From an uncultured Gammaproteobacteria bacterium (GTDB taxonomy: Bacteria; Pseudomonadota; Gammaproteobacteria; SZUA-140), in assembly GCA_947258425.1 (NCBI GenBank), contig CAMYIG010000049.1, positions 640 to 64,639 on the forward strand: DNA of 64,000 nt, written 5' to 3'. The notes beneath the pieces are model-generated. The model ran no database searches, was not told the origin of the DNA, and saw only the letters and a list, made by a program, of their open reading frames with translations. Numbering within the stretch: position 1 is the stretch's first letter; every line of letters begins with the position of its first letter. Shown in pieces: positions 52,769 to 62,933 of the stretch. Made by a program: the position numbers and the translations under genes.

Positions 52769-55504
52769 TTGACCATAAAAAAATTAACTGCTAGCAGCAC
52801 ACACGCCTCAGCATCAGTCATTAAGCTACCTGGGGTATTCACCCTAATCCTATCTCTTTTAGTAGCGGGCTGTGGTAGTGCTGGTAATGACACGTCCGCT
52901 ACGGATAGTGATGCAGCAGCAAACACTTCGAGCAGCACTCAATCTACCGTTAACAACGTATCAGCAATCATCACGCCGATTGTTGGCTCTGCCAATGATG
53001 CTGAGGAAGAGGCCGCTACAGGTTCAATCGATGCCGCTAGTAGTGACCTCGAACTCATCTACGAACCCGGTGGCTCAGGAGAACAGCGCGTTGGTTTGCG
53101 CTTCAGTCTGGATATCCCTAAAAATAGCATTGTCACGCGGGCTTACATTCAATTCACCAGCGATGAAGTGTCAACTGGTGAAAGCAGTCTGACTATCCGT
53201 GCCGAATACAGTGCGAATGCGGCATCTTTTTCTACAAATAATTTCGATATTTCATCTCGCCCTGTCACCACTGCATCAGTCGACTGGACACCACCCGAGT
53301 GGAATACCACAGGGGAAAGTGGAATTGACCAGCGCACCCCTGATATCAGCACCCTCGCCCAGAAAGTAGTAGATCTCTCTGACTGGCAAGCCAATAATTA
53401 CATCGCATTTATCATTACTGGTACGGGTACTCGCACGTCGGTATCCCATGACGGTTCACCTGTGTTTGCACCAAAACTGTACATTGAATACGCAGTCAAT
53501 GAACCCGAACCTGAGCCTATTCCGCCATCACCAGAGCCTGTGACTCCACCGCCTGCACCCGTCGATCATTTCCCCATAGCAGAGAATGACACCCTGAGCA
53601 CTTCAGAAAACACGGCTGTCTCTTTCAACCTGCTCAGCAATGATCATGGTCTTGAAGATGGTGGCATTGTGATCACTCTAAGCAGTGCACCGGCCAATGG
53701 CAGCACATCCCTTGCTCAAAATGGCACGGTGACATACAGCCCCAATGGTGGCTATGCAGGCAGTGATCAGTTCACCTATCGCGTCACAGATGCCGATGGC
53801 GATTCAAGCAGTGCCATTGTTAATGTAACCATTGACGCGATTAATTATTTGCCCATCGCTCACGACGATAGTATCGAAATTAACGCGGGGTCATCAGTCA
53901 CGGTGAATGTCCTCACCAATGACACAGGACTCGAAGACGGCGGTATCACTGTCACACTCGACAACACACCAACTAACGGTAGCGTTCAGATTGACCAGAA
54001 CGGCACAATTACCTACACCCCCAACAGTGGCTATGTCGGCAGTGACTCCCTTACATACCGCATCACAGACAGTGATGGGGATAGCAGTAGCGCTAACTTC
54101 AATCTCATTATTCATCCACTTATCAGCCAACAACCCGCCAGTGATGATGCCGAAGAGACAATGTCAACCGGCAGAATGGATCTTGCAAGCAGCAATCTCG
54201 AACTTACACTACACACCAATGGCACGGGTGGCCAGCGTGTGGGGCTGCGTTTTAAACTAGACGTCCCCAGTAATAGCATTATTACCAATGCCTATATCCA
54301 GTTTACAACCAGCCAGACCTCGTCTGGAGTAAGCAACCTGTTTATCTTCGCTGAGAAAAGCACCAATGCAGCAGCTTTTGCAAGTAATGACCTGAATCTT
54401 TTTCGCCGTCCCGCCTCAGATATAACGATTAACTGGATGCCGCCTGACTGGAATACGATCGGTCAGAAGGAGATTAGCCAACGTACGCCAGATTTAAGTG
54501 CGCTCATTCAGGAAATCATTACATTAGACAACTGGCAGGCCAGCAACCATATCGCTTTTACCATATACGGCAGTGGCACTCGAATAGCGTACTCACTTGA
54601 CAGCTCACTATTAAATCTAGGCACCACTGAACTAGCGCCACAGCTTTATGTTGAATATGCCCCAGCTGATGCAACGTCACCGCTGCCAGCCCCCACTAAC
54701 ACGTTTCCAATCGCGCATCTGGATAGTCTCACGACGATAAAAAATACGCCGGTAAGCATCAACGTACTAAGTAATGATGAAGGACTCTCAGATGCACCCA
54801 TTAACGTCACCATCAGCACCCCCGCCCCAAATGGGCGTGTTGTTATTGGCCAAAATGGCAACCTCACCTACACACCAGATAGTGATTATTTAGGGACAGA
54901 TACCTTCACTTACACCATCACAGACGCCAATAGCGACGCCGATTCTGCAAGTGTCAACGTCTCAATTAATGACTCCAATCATTTACCCGTTGCCAATGCT
55001 GATAACGTCACAACGCAAACCAGCACACCGGTGACGATTGCTGTACTTGATAATGACACGGGTATAGAAGACAGCCCAATCACTATGGCCATTTCAACGC
55101 ACCCCATCAATGGAAGCGTGACCATTGAACCAGACAATACGATCACCTACACCTCGAATGCAGATTACTTCGGGCCTGATAGTTTCGGTTACACCATTAC
55201 AGACATAGACAACGACAGCGCCGCTGCCAACGTACAGATTACCGTCACATGCACCTCTGGGATTTGCTCAAAGACCATTAGAGCCACATGGGATGCGAAT
55301 GCAGAACCGAACATCAGTGGATACTACCTCCATCATGGTACACAATCAGGTACATACACAGATAAAATCTGGGTGGGTGATATGACATCATATGATTTTA
55401 TTACCTCCGAATTGACAGACCACTTCTTCGCAGTTTCAGCGGTGAATACGTCAAGCGATGAGTCCGATCTATCCGCCGAAGCATCGATATCACTAGCGCC
55501 ATGA
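52769..55504 (+). CDS. Lipoprotein paralog A2: two copies of the ~180-aa module, four cadherin/VCBS-like repeats, C-terminal FN3-like domain
   Basis: TTG start with the lipobox LLVAGCGS. Modules lie at about 52994-53525 and 54140-54680. The C-terminus reads CTSGICSKTIRATWDANAEP..., paralogous to A1. Confidence 0.75.
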   Translation: MTIKKLTASSTHASASVIKLPGVFTLILSLLVAGCGSAGNDTSATDSDAAANTSSSTQSTVNNVSAIITPIVGSANDAEEEAATGSIDAASSDLELIYEPGGSGEQRVGLRFSLDIPKNSIVTRAYIQFTSDEVSTGESSLTIRAEYSANAASFSTNNFDISSRPVTTASVDWTPPEWNTTGESGIDQRTPDISTLAQKVVDLSDWQANNYIAFIITGTGTRTSVSHDGSPVFAPKLYIEYAVNEPEPEPIPPSPEPVTPPPAPVDHFPIAENDTLSTSENTAVSFNLLSNDHGLEDGGIVITLSSAPANGSTSLAQNGTVTYSPNGGYAGSDQFTYRVTDADGDSSSAIVNVTIDAINYLPIAHDDSIEINAGSSVTVNVLTNDTGLEDGGITVTLDNTPTNGSVQIDQNGTITYTPNSGYVGSDSLTYRITDSDGDSSSANFNLIIHPLISQQPASDDAEETMSTGRMDLASSNLELTLHTNGTGGQRVGLRFKLDVPSNSIITNAYIQFTTSQTSSGVSNLFIFAEKSTNAAAFASNDLNLFRRPASDITINWMPPDWNTIGQKEISQRTPDLSALIQEIITLDNWQASNHIAFTIYGSGTRIAYSLDSSLLNLGTTELAPQLYVEYAPADATSPLPAPTNTFPIAHLDSLTTIKNTPVSINVLSNDEGLSDAPINVTISTPAPNGRVVIGQNGNLTYTPDSDYLGTDTFTYTITDANSDADSASVNVSINDSNHLPVANADNVTTQTSTPVTIAVLDNDTGIEDSPITMAISTHPINGSVTIEPDNTITYTSNADYFGPDSFGYTITDIDNDSAAANVQITVTCTSGICSKTIRATWDANAEPNISGYYLHHGTQSGTYTDKIWVGDMTSYDFITSELTDHFFAVSAVNTSSDESDLSAEASISLAP

Positions 55505-55545
55505 TCGGCCCATTTCATCAGAACAAAGGCTAAAGGATAGTTACC

Positions 55546-57138
55546 ATGAACGCTTCAGTAAAATTCAGACTACTATTGCCAGCCCTGTTAATTTTCTTAT
55601 TCTGGAATAACAGTGCCATCGCGGCTATTTACTATGTTGCAACAACAGGGAGCAATCTGTTTGGCGATGGCACGTCTAATGACCCGTGGAAAACGATTGG
55701 TTATGGCATCGATAAAATGAAGTCGGGGGATACATTAATAGTAAAAGCCGGCATCTATCGGGGAAAAGAGAACTTCATCAACTCTCGCCTTTCTACACTT
55801 CCCAGCGGTGGCCCGGGAAACTACACTACCATCAAAGCAGAATCGCCATTCACTGCCATTATTAGCAACAGTGCGCCGTTAAACTACTATGATAATCTAT
55901 TACTCATCGAAGTAGATTATATCCACATCGATGGCTTTGTATTTAACATGATCAATCAGAAAGAACCGGAATACAATGCTGAAGTATTGGGTAATTATAA
56001 TAAAATCACCCAAAGTCTTTTCCGTAGAGAAGGCGATGTCAATGAATTTGGTGGCTGGGTATCGATACTGGGGGATTATAATCTCGTCGAAGATAGCGCA
56101 GGCGTAGGCGCTGCCCGCTATGGTTTCTATACAGGCGGCCCTGGCTCATCCGCCAGCCAGAATATTTTTCGTCGCATCGTTGCACGCGTTGACTATTCAA
56201 ATTCACTACAACCAAAATCTGCCTTTGCTGTTTACGGCAACAATGATGGCACCAATGTACGGGATGTCTTATGCCAGAACTGTATCGCGATCGATGGAAA
56301 CCGCGGCCCTAGCGGCTCCGAAGAAACCTATGGCGGTTTTTATTTCCCTAAAAATGCCGCCAATGTAACGGTACAAGGTAGCATCGTACTCAACAATGAA
56401 GCCGCACATGCCGGCTATTTTGCCAAAGAATTACACGGCGAAAATATCCGCTTAGAACATTCCATTGCATGGGGCGTTTATGGCACCTCATATATCGCAG
56501 GTGTCCGTGCCAATGGTGCGGGCGGCCCCTATTTTGGCATCGATCACATGACCATCGGTGCCAACCCCGTCGCCTATTACAACAAGGACAGTTCAACGCA
56601 ACGCGTGATGACCAATACCCTTTTTTATAACAATGCCACCACCAGTACTTCAGATTACGGCTGGACACGCAATTCACATAACGCCTTTTTTCCTGCAACA
56701 CAGGCCACAGGAAGTAATGCTGTGACGACCAATATTAATCTGAAATATATCCTTCGCGCGGAGAGTAACAGCGCACTGGTGGGCGCTGCCAGCGATGGCG
56801 GCAACATCGGTGCCGACGTCACAAAGCAATATGGGGTATCAGGCACGTTATGGGGAGAAGCGGGCTACAATCAACGCACCAGCGCTAATCTATGGCCATG
56901 GAAACACGAAGATAAGATCAAGGAATGGTTTGCTCTTCCTAATGTGCCGCCAACGGGTAACATCCCCGCGATTAATAATACAGTCCGAGGCTTTACTGTC
57001 GCCAATGATCAATTTGGCAAACAGATGACATTAACCCGTTACATCTGGCAGTACCTGGGTAACGAAATCCCCGCCGGCATCTATAGCTCCACATCAGTGG
57101 CAGCCCCTACAGGGCACGCTGTTGCACTGGTGCCATAG
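55546..57138 (+). CDS. Secreted right-handed parallel beta-helix protein B2 (paralog of B1)
   Basis: Signal peptide, then AIYYVATTGSNLFGDGTSNDPWKTIGYGIDKMKSGDTLIVKAGIY. 530 aa, about 75% identical to B1. Confidence 0.75.
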   Translation: MNASVKFRLLLPALLIFLFWNNSAIAAIYYVATTGSNLFGDGTSNDPWKTIGYGIDKMKSGDTLIVKAGIYRGKENFINSRLSTLPSGGPGNYTTIKAESPFTAIISNSAPLNYYDNLLLIEVDYIHIDGFVFNMINQKEPEYNAEVLGNYNKITQSLFRREGDVNEFGGWVSILGDYNLVEDSAGVGAARYGFYTGGPGSSASQNIFRRIVARVDYSNSLQPKSAFAVYGNNDGTNVRDVLCQNCIAIDGNRGPSGSEETYGGFYFPKNAANVTVQGSIVLNNEAAHAGYFAKELHGENIRLEHSIAWGVYGTSYIAGVRANGAGGPYFGIDHMTIGANPVAYYNKDSSTQRVMTNTLFYNNATTSTSDYGWTRNSHNAFFPATQATGSNAVTTNINLKYILRAESNSALVGAASDGGNIGADVTKQYGVSGTLWGEAGYNQRTSANLWPWKHEDKIKEWFALPNVPPTGNIPAINNTVRGFTVANDQFGKQMTLTRYIWQYLGNEIPAGIYSSTSVAAPTGHAVALVP

Positions 57139-57466
57139 TGTTGACGACCCACTCCTGCTCACATCATTGATGCGATAATTAGCCGCTCTAACCTACCCGC
57201 ATAAGGGGTAAATGGCCCACGCCACGCTTATCTATCTTCTTAACCCTTCCGTGGTCGAATGCGGACACCTGCGTACCTCAGCCAGAGAAACCAATCGATG
57301 ACATTCCTGGCTGATAGTGGCATCGCGCTTGCATACTAAGAACAAGATGCGCTATTTTTCAGACACAATGTCGACTATCATTAAAGCACCGGACAGAAAA
57401 CTTAACCTGTTGATTTCATATAATGAAATTGACCCCAAGGTCAGTTTTGTTTAAAGGAGATGCGCT

Positions 57467-58651
57467 ATGTCGCAACACGAGATCGTGATAGTCGCCGCCC
57501 AGCGAACCCCCATCGGGGCGTTTCTTGGTCAATTTTCAGACACCACCACTCCTGAACTGGGGGCAACAGCCATCGCAGCAGTGCTGTCTGCCTGTGGGCT
57601 AAGTGCAGATGCCGTCGATGAAGTGCTCATGGGTTGCGTGTTGCCTGCGGGTTTGGGACAGGCCCCCGCACGCCAGGCAGCACTGTTGGCCGGTCTATCA
57701 ATCGACACCCCCTGCACTACCATCAACAAGGTATGTGGTTCTGGCATGAAAACTGTGATGCTTGCTGCCGATGCCATTACAGCTGGAAGTGCCAATATTG
57801 TGGTGGCCGGCGGCATGGAATCGATGAGCCGTGCGCCCTATCTATCACCCCAGACACGTCAGGGCGCGCGTTTTGGCCACGTCGAATTACTCGACCACAT
57901 GCTCTTCGATGGCTTGCAAAACGCCGCAGATGGCGTCGCGATGGGCATGTTTGCTGAAGCGTGTGCAGCACACTTTAATTTTAGTCGTGAGCAGCTGGAT
58001 GCCTTTGCCACTGAATCAGTCCGTCGTGCGGTCGCCGCCTGCGATAGTGGCGCATTCAATGATGAAATCGCCCCCGTTACCATCAAAACCCGTCAAGGTG
58101 AACAACAGATCGATCACGACGAAACCCCTGCACGCTGCAAACCCGACAAAATCCCGGCACTAAAACCGGCGTTCAAAAAAGATGGCGTCATTACGGCGGC
58201 AAATTCATCGTCACTGTCTGACGGTGCCGCCGCTCTCTTATTGATGTCTGCGGCTGAGGCACAACAGCGTAACATACAACCCCTCGCGCGCATCGTCGCC
58301 CACTGTAGCCATGCAATGCTACCGGAAGCGTTTACTCTGGCACCCATTGATGCGATTAAAAAACTCTACCTGAAAAGTGGTTGGTGTGATGATGATGTCG
58401 ATCTCTACGAAATCAATGAAGCCTTCGCGGCGGTGACAATGGGCGCGATGCATGAACTAAAAATCGATCATAAAAAGGTCAACGTCAACGGCGGTGCCTG
58501 CGCACTCGGACACCCCATCGGGGCTTCGGGTGCGCGTATTATTGTCACGCTGCTGCACGCATTGCGCGCACGCGGTGGCAAGCGTGGCGTCGCCTCACTC
58601 TGTATCGGCGGCGGTGAAGCGACCGCAATCGCGATTGAAACAATCGACTAA
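57467..58651 (+). CDS. Acetyl-CoA C-acetyltransferase (thiolase II family)
   Basis: 394 aa with the active-site Cys region (NKVCGSGMK) and a C-terminal GGGEATA motif. Confidence 0.9.
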   Translation: MSQHEIVIVAAQRTPIGAFLGQFSDTTTPELGATAIAAVLSACGLSADAVDEVLMGCVLPAGLGQAPARQAALLAGLSIDTPCTTINKVCGSGMKTVMLAADAITAGSANIVVAGGMESMSRAPYLSPQTRQGARFGHVELLDHMLFDGLQNAADGVAMGMFAEACAAHFNFSREQLDAFATESVRRAVAACDSGAFNDEIAPVTIKTRQGEQQIDHDETPARCKPDKIPALKPAFKKDGVITAANSSSLSDGAAALLLMSAAEAQQRNIQPLARIVAHCSHAMLPEAFTLAPIDAIKKLYLKSGWCDDDVDLYEINEAFAAVTMGAMHELKIDHKKVNVNGGACALGHPIGASGARIIVTLLHALRARGGKRGVASLCIGGGEATAIAIETID

Positions 58652-58733
58652 TACCGCTGATCGGCAAAGCACATATTAGAAACCGAGACGATAGCGCAAC
58701 TAATAGTACAACAGAGATCACGGAACTGAAATT

Positions 58734-60341
58734 ATGACGATTATTGAAAGCAAAATCGACACACGCAGCGAAGCGTTCATCGACAACAGTGGGCATATGC
58801 AACTACAGGTCAATGACCTCAATGAACGGTTACGCGATGTCAAAATTGGCGGCTCTAACAAGGCACGCGATAAACACCTGCAGCGCGGCAAACTACTGGT
58901 CAGGGATCGCATCAATATGCTGATTGATGAAGGCTTCCCTTTCATGGAGTTTTCAGCGCTTGCCGCTAACCATATGTATGGCGACAATGTGCCGAGCGCC
59001 GGCATCATCACCGGCATCGGGATTGTGCATGGACAGGAGGTCATCATCATTGCCAACGATGCCACCGTCAAAGGCGGTACCTACTACCCCATCACCGCGA
59101 AAAAACATCTACGTGCACAGGAGATAGCCGAGCAAAATCGACTTCCCTGTATCTACCTTGTCGATTCAGGCGGCGCCTTTCTGCCCTTGCAGGATGAGGT
59201 CTTTCCCGACCGTGACAACTTTGGCCGTGTCTTTTATAACCAGGCAAGGCTCTCTGCACAGGGCATTCCGCAGATTGCCATCGTGATGGGTTCATGCACT
59301 GCCGGTGGTGCCTATGTACCGGCGATGGCGGATGAATGTGTCATCGTAAAATCACAGGGCACCATCTTTCTCGGTGGGCCACCGCTGGTCAAGGCGGCAA
59401 CGGGTGAAGTGGTCGATATCGAAGCGCTCGGCGGTGCTGAAGTGCATAGTCGTATTTCAGGGGTCGCCGATCACATGGCCGAAGACGATGCTGATGCACT
59501 GCGTATCGCACGTGATATCGTGGCCAATCTCAACTTTCAAAAACAGGGAAACATTGAACGCAAGGCTGTGAGTGAACCACGTTATGCAGCCGAAGAGTTA
59601 TACGGCATCGTGCCTTTTGATACACGCAAACAGTACGATGTGCGTGAAGTGATCGCACGTATCGTCGACGGCTCCGAGTTTCACGAATTCAAAAAACTCT
59701 TTGGCCAGACACTGGTGTGTGGCTTTTCTCATATACACGGCTACCCGGTGGGCATCGTCGCCAACAATGGCATCCTCTTTTCCGACTCGGCACTCAAAGG
59801 GACGCACTTTATTCAGCTCTGTAATCAACGTGGCATCCCGCTGCTATTTTTACAGAACATTGCAGGCTTTATGGTCGGTAAAAAATATGAGCATGAGGGC
59901 ATCGCTAAACACGGTGCCAAGATGGTCAATGCAGTGGCCTGTAGTCAGGTTCCAAAATTCACCGTGATTATCGGCGGCTCCTATGGCGCGGGTAACTACG
60001 CCATGTGTGGCCGCGCATACAGCCCGCGACAACTGTGGATGTGGCCCAATGCACGCATCGCGGTGATGGGCGGAGAAACCGCCGCTCACCTGTTAAGTAC
60101 GGTCAAAAAAGAGAGCCTTGCCAAAGCAGGTAAACAGCTGAGCAAAAAAGAAGAAGAGGCCTTTGAGAATGAAACGCGCGAACAGTTCGAGCGCCAGAGC
60201 CACCCCTATCACGCCACCGCACGACTGTGGGATGATGGCATCATCGACCCGTTACAGACACGCGACCTGATTGGCCAGGGGATTGCTGCCGCGATGAATG
60301 CGCCGCTTAAAAAGAGCAAGTACGGCATCTTCCGGATGTAG
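58734..60341 (+). CDS. Acyl-CoA carboxylase carboxyltransferase beta subunit (methylcrotonoyl-CoA carboxylase beta, LiuB-like)
   Basis: 535 aa with tandem crotonase-fold CoA-carboxyltransferase N/C domains, similar to MCCase/PCCase beta. Confidence 0.85.
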   Translation: MTIIESKIDTRSEAFIDNSGHMQLQVNDLNERLRDVKIGGSNKARDKHLQRGKLLVRDRINMLIDEGFPFMEFSALAANHMYGDNVPSAGIITGIGIVHGQEVIIIANDATVKGGTYYPITAKKHLRAQEIAEQNRLPCIYLVDSGGAFLPLQDEVFPDRDNFGRVFYNQARLSAQGIPQIAIVMGSCTAGGAYVPAMADECVIVKSQGTIFLGGPPLVKAATGEVVDIEALGGAEVHSRISGVADHMAEDDADALRIARDIVANLNFQKQGNIERKAVSEPRYAAEELYGIVPFDTRKQYDVREVIARIVDGSEFHEFKKLFGQTLVCGFSHIHGYPVGIVANNGILFSDSALKGTHFIQLCNQRGIPLLFLQNIAGFMVGKKYEHEGIAKHGAKMVNAVACSQVPKFTVIIGGSYGAGNYAMCGRAYSPRQLWMWPNARIAVMGGETAAHLLSTVKKESLAKAGKQLSKKEEEAFENETREQFERQSHPYHATARLWDDGIIDPLQTRDLIGQGIAAAMNAPLKKSKYGIFRM

Positions 60342-60375
60342 CCGGCGCACGGTAATGTAAAGCGAAACACAGGAG

Positions 60376-61167
60376 ATGACGATGACCCAAACTGAACGAC
60401 TCACGGTAGCAACTGATGCGCGTGGTGTCTGTACGTTAGCACTCAATAATCCCACCACACACAACGCCTTTAATGATGAAGTGATCGCGGCGTTACGTCA
60501 GAAACTTAGTGAGATCGCACAGGATGAAAACGTACGCATTCTGGTGTTAACGGGCAATGGAGAGAGTTTTTCGAGTGGTGCAGACCTCGCATGGATGAAA
60601 GCGGCTGCACAACGTGATGAAGCCACTAATCAACAGGACTCTGAAGCACTGGCAAAATTAATGCGTACCCTCTACGAATACAACAAACCTACCGTGGCGC
60701 GCATCAATGGCAGTGCCTTTGGCGGCGCACTCGGATTGATTGCCTGTTGTGACACCGCCATTGCAATACGCTCTGCCGAGTTTTCGTTTAGCGAAGTGCG
60801 CTTTGGACTCGTCCCAGCAGTGATCGCTCCCTACATTATAAAGGCGATCGGTGAGCGCCAGACACGCCATCTTTTTCTCTCTGCCGAACGTTTTTCTAGC
60901 AAGCTGGCTAAAAAAATTGGACTCATACATCATATCGTTGATGATGAGTTTCTTGATGAGGCTGTCACCATCGCCACCGAAAAATTACTCAAGGCTGGCC
61001 CCCTTTCCATTCAGGCCTGTAAATGTCTCATCCGCTCATTAAGTCCCAATGTGGACGATGAATCTTCAGCACGGCTGATCGCACAGCTGCGTGCCTCCGA
61101 CGAAGGTCAGGAGGGCATGAATGCCTTTTTCGAAAAACGCCCCCCTGCGTGGGTCAACAGTGATTAA
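60376..61167 (+). CDS. Enoyl-CoA hydratase (methylglutaconyl-CoA hydratase-like, LiuC-like)
   Basis: 263 aa, crotonase-family protein. Confidence 0.85.
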   Translation: MTMTQTERLTVATDARGVCTLALNNPTTHNAFNDEVIAALRQKLSEIAQDENVRILVLTGNGESFSSGADLAWMKAAAQRDEATNQQDSEALAKLMRTLYEYNKPTVARINGSAFGGALGLIACCDTAIAIRSAEFSFSEVRFGLVPAVIAPYIIKAIGERQTRHLFLSAERFSSKLAKKIGLIHHIVDDEFLDEAVTIATEKLLKAGPLSIQACKCLIRSLSPNVDDESSARLIAQLRASDEGQEGMNAFFEKRPPAWVNSD

Positions 61168-61180
61168 CTGACCTGACACT

Positions 61181-62092
61181 ATGAAATCACTGCAAAGCAC
61201 CAACAGCCTGCCATCAAAGGTCACCATCGTGGAAGTGGGGCCACGTGATGGGCTTCAAAATGAGAAGCAACTTCTGGACACCGATCAAAAGATCAATTTT
61301 ATTGACCGCCTTTCTGTCTGCGGCCTGCCAATCATTGAATGCACGAGTATGGTCAACCCACAGTGGGTGCCACAACTGGCCGATGCGGAAGCTGTGATCA
61401 AAAAAATCAACCGCCACCCGGGTGTGCGCTATTCCGTACTGGTACCCAATGAACAGGGGATGCAACGTGCACTGGCAGCGGGCGCAAAAAGTGTCGCGAT
61501 ATTTATCGCCGCTAGCGAAGGCTTCAATCAGAAAAACGTCAACTGTTCGATCGAGGAATCGTTCGCTCGTTTTGAGCCTGTCATGGCGCTGGCAAAAGCG
61601 GCGGGGATCGAAGTACGTGGCTATCTCTCCTGTGTTATGGGCTGCCCTTACGAAGGGAAAATCAAACCGATGAAGGTCGCGACCCTCGCCCGTCATCTGA
61701 TCGAACTCGGCTGCTACGAGGTCTCACTGGGCGACACCATCGGCGTCGGCACTCCCCTTCAGGCTCAACGCCTCATTCAGACCATCAGTAAGCAGGTGCC
61801 CGTTGAACAGCTCGCGATCCATTTTCACGATACACGCGGACAGGCGCTGGCCAACATCTTCGCCTGCCTCGAACTCGGCATCACAACGATTGATGCTTCA
61901 GTCGCAGGCCTCGGCGGCTGCCCTTACGCTAAAGGGAGTAGCGGCAACGTCGCCACCGAAGATGTGGTCTATATGCTTGAAGGAATGGGCATCGAAACCG
62001 GTGTCGATCTACGCGCATTGAGTGAAACCGGCAATATGATTTGTCGGCAACTCAACCGTAGCAACAATAGCAAAGTAGGTAAACTCTATTAA
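61181..62092 (+). CDS. Hydroxymethylglutaryl-CoA lyase
   Basis: TIM-barrel HMGL-like protein (VTIVEVGPRDGLQNE..., HFHDTRGQALAN). Confidence 0.85.
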   Translation: MKSLQSTNSLPSKVTIVEVGPRDGLQNEKQLLDTDQKINFIDRLSVCGLPIIECTSMVNPQWVPQLADAEAVIKKINRHPGVRYSVLVPNEQGMQRALAAGAKSVAIFIAASEGFNQKNVNCSIEESFARFEPVMALAKAAGIEVRGYLSCVMGCPYEGKIKPMKVATLARHLIELGCYEVSLGDTIGVGTPLQAQRLIQTISKQVPVEQLAIHFHDTRGQALANIFACLELGITTIDASVAGLGGCPYAKGSSGNVATEDVVYMLEGMGIETGVDLRALSETGNMICRQLNRSNNSKVGKLY

Positions 62093-62145
62093 TCGCAGCG
62101 CAAAGCTGTTATCTATAAACCTGAGCGAACAGATGTGGGCGGGCG

Positions 62146-62916
62146 ATGGAATTTAAACGACTTAACGCAATCGTAACAGGTGCTGCCTCTGGACTAGGAC
62201 TGGCGGTGACGCAACACATCATTGCCGCAGGCGGCACCGTGGTGATGCTTGATCTTGACGCCGAGCACTGTGCCGATGAACTCACGCTGTTCGGCGAGCA
62301 TGCCCATTTTATCGCCACCGATGTCATCTCAGTACCTGCGGTTGATGCCGCATTGAAGCAAGCGCACGCACTGACGGGCGAGATCCAGCTAGTCGTCAAC
62401 TGCGCCGGTATCGCACCGAGCCAACGCGTACTGGCACGTGATGGTCTGATCAGCAACGCAGCGTTCCAGCGTGTCATCGACATCAATCTCAACGGTAGTT
62501 TTAACGTCTGTCGCGCCGCCGTCAATCTGATGCAGCACAACAACCCCGCAGGCAAGGATGAAGAACGCGGCGTGTTGATCAATACTGCCTCGATCGCGGC
62601 CTTTGAAGGACAGATTGGCCAGGCCGCCTATGCCGCGTCAAAGGGTGGCATTGCCAGCATGACACTGCCGCTGGCGCGTGAGTTTGCACGCCTCGGCATC
62701 CGCGTGATGTCGATTGCACCGGGCATTTTTGAAACACCGATGTTCGATCAACTGCCACAGGAAGCGCGCGATGCACTCGCCGCTAATACCCCCTACCCCA
62801 AACGCCTTGGCCACCCCGATGAGTTTGCCGCACTGGTGCAGCACATCGTCGAAAACCCTATGTTAAACGGCTCAACCATCCGGCTCGACGGTGCGCTGCG
62901 CATGGGGCAGAAGTAA
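62146..62916 (+). CDS. Short-chain dehydrogenase, 3-hydroxyacyl-CoA dehydrogenase type-2 (HSD10-like)
   Basis: TGAASGLG Rossmann motif and YAASK catalytic motif. 256 aa. Confidence 0.8.
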   Translation: MEFKRLNAIVTGAASGLGLAVTQHIIAAGGTVVMLDLDAEHCADELTLFGEHAHFIATDVISVPAVDAALKQAHALTGEIQLVVNCAGIAPSQRVLARDGLISNAAFQRVIDINLNGSFNVCRAAVNLMQHNNPAGKDEERGVLINTASIAAFEGQIGQAAYAASKGGIASMTLPLAREFARLGIRVMSIAPGIFETPMFDQLPQEARDALAANTPYPKRLGHPDEFAALVQHIVENPMLNGSTIRLDGALRMGQK

Positions 62917-62933
62917 CCCACACCCTGCCATTC

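Noticed and set aside
47514-55504. Possible CRISPR-like periodic repeats in the 48-55 kb region
   Set aside because: The periodicity is 270-570 nt and lies entirely inside long ORFs encoding cadherin-like and module repeats. There are no short constant repeats with unique spacers and no cas genes.
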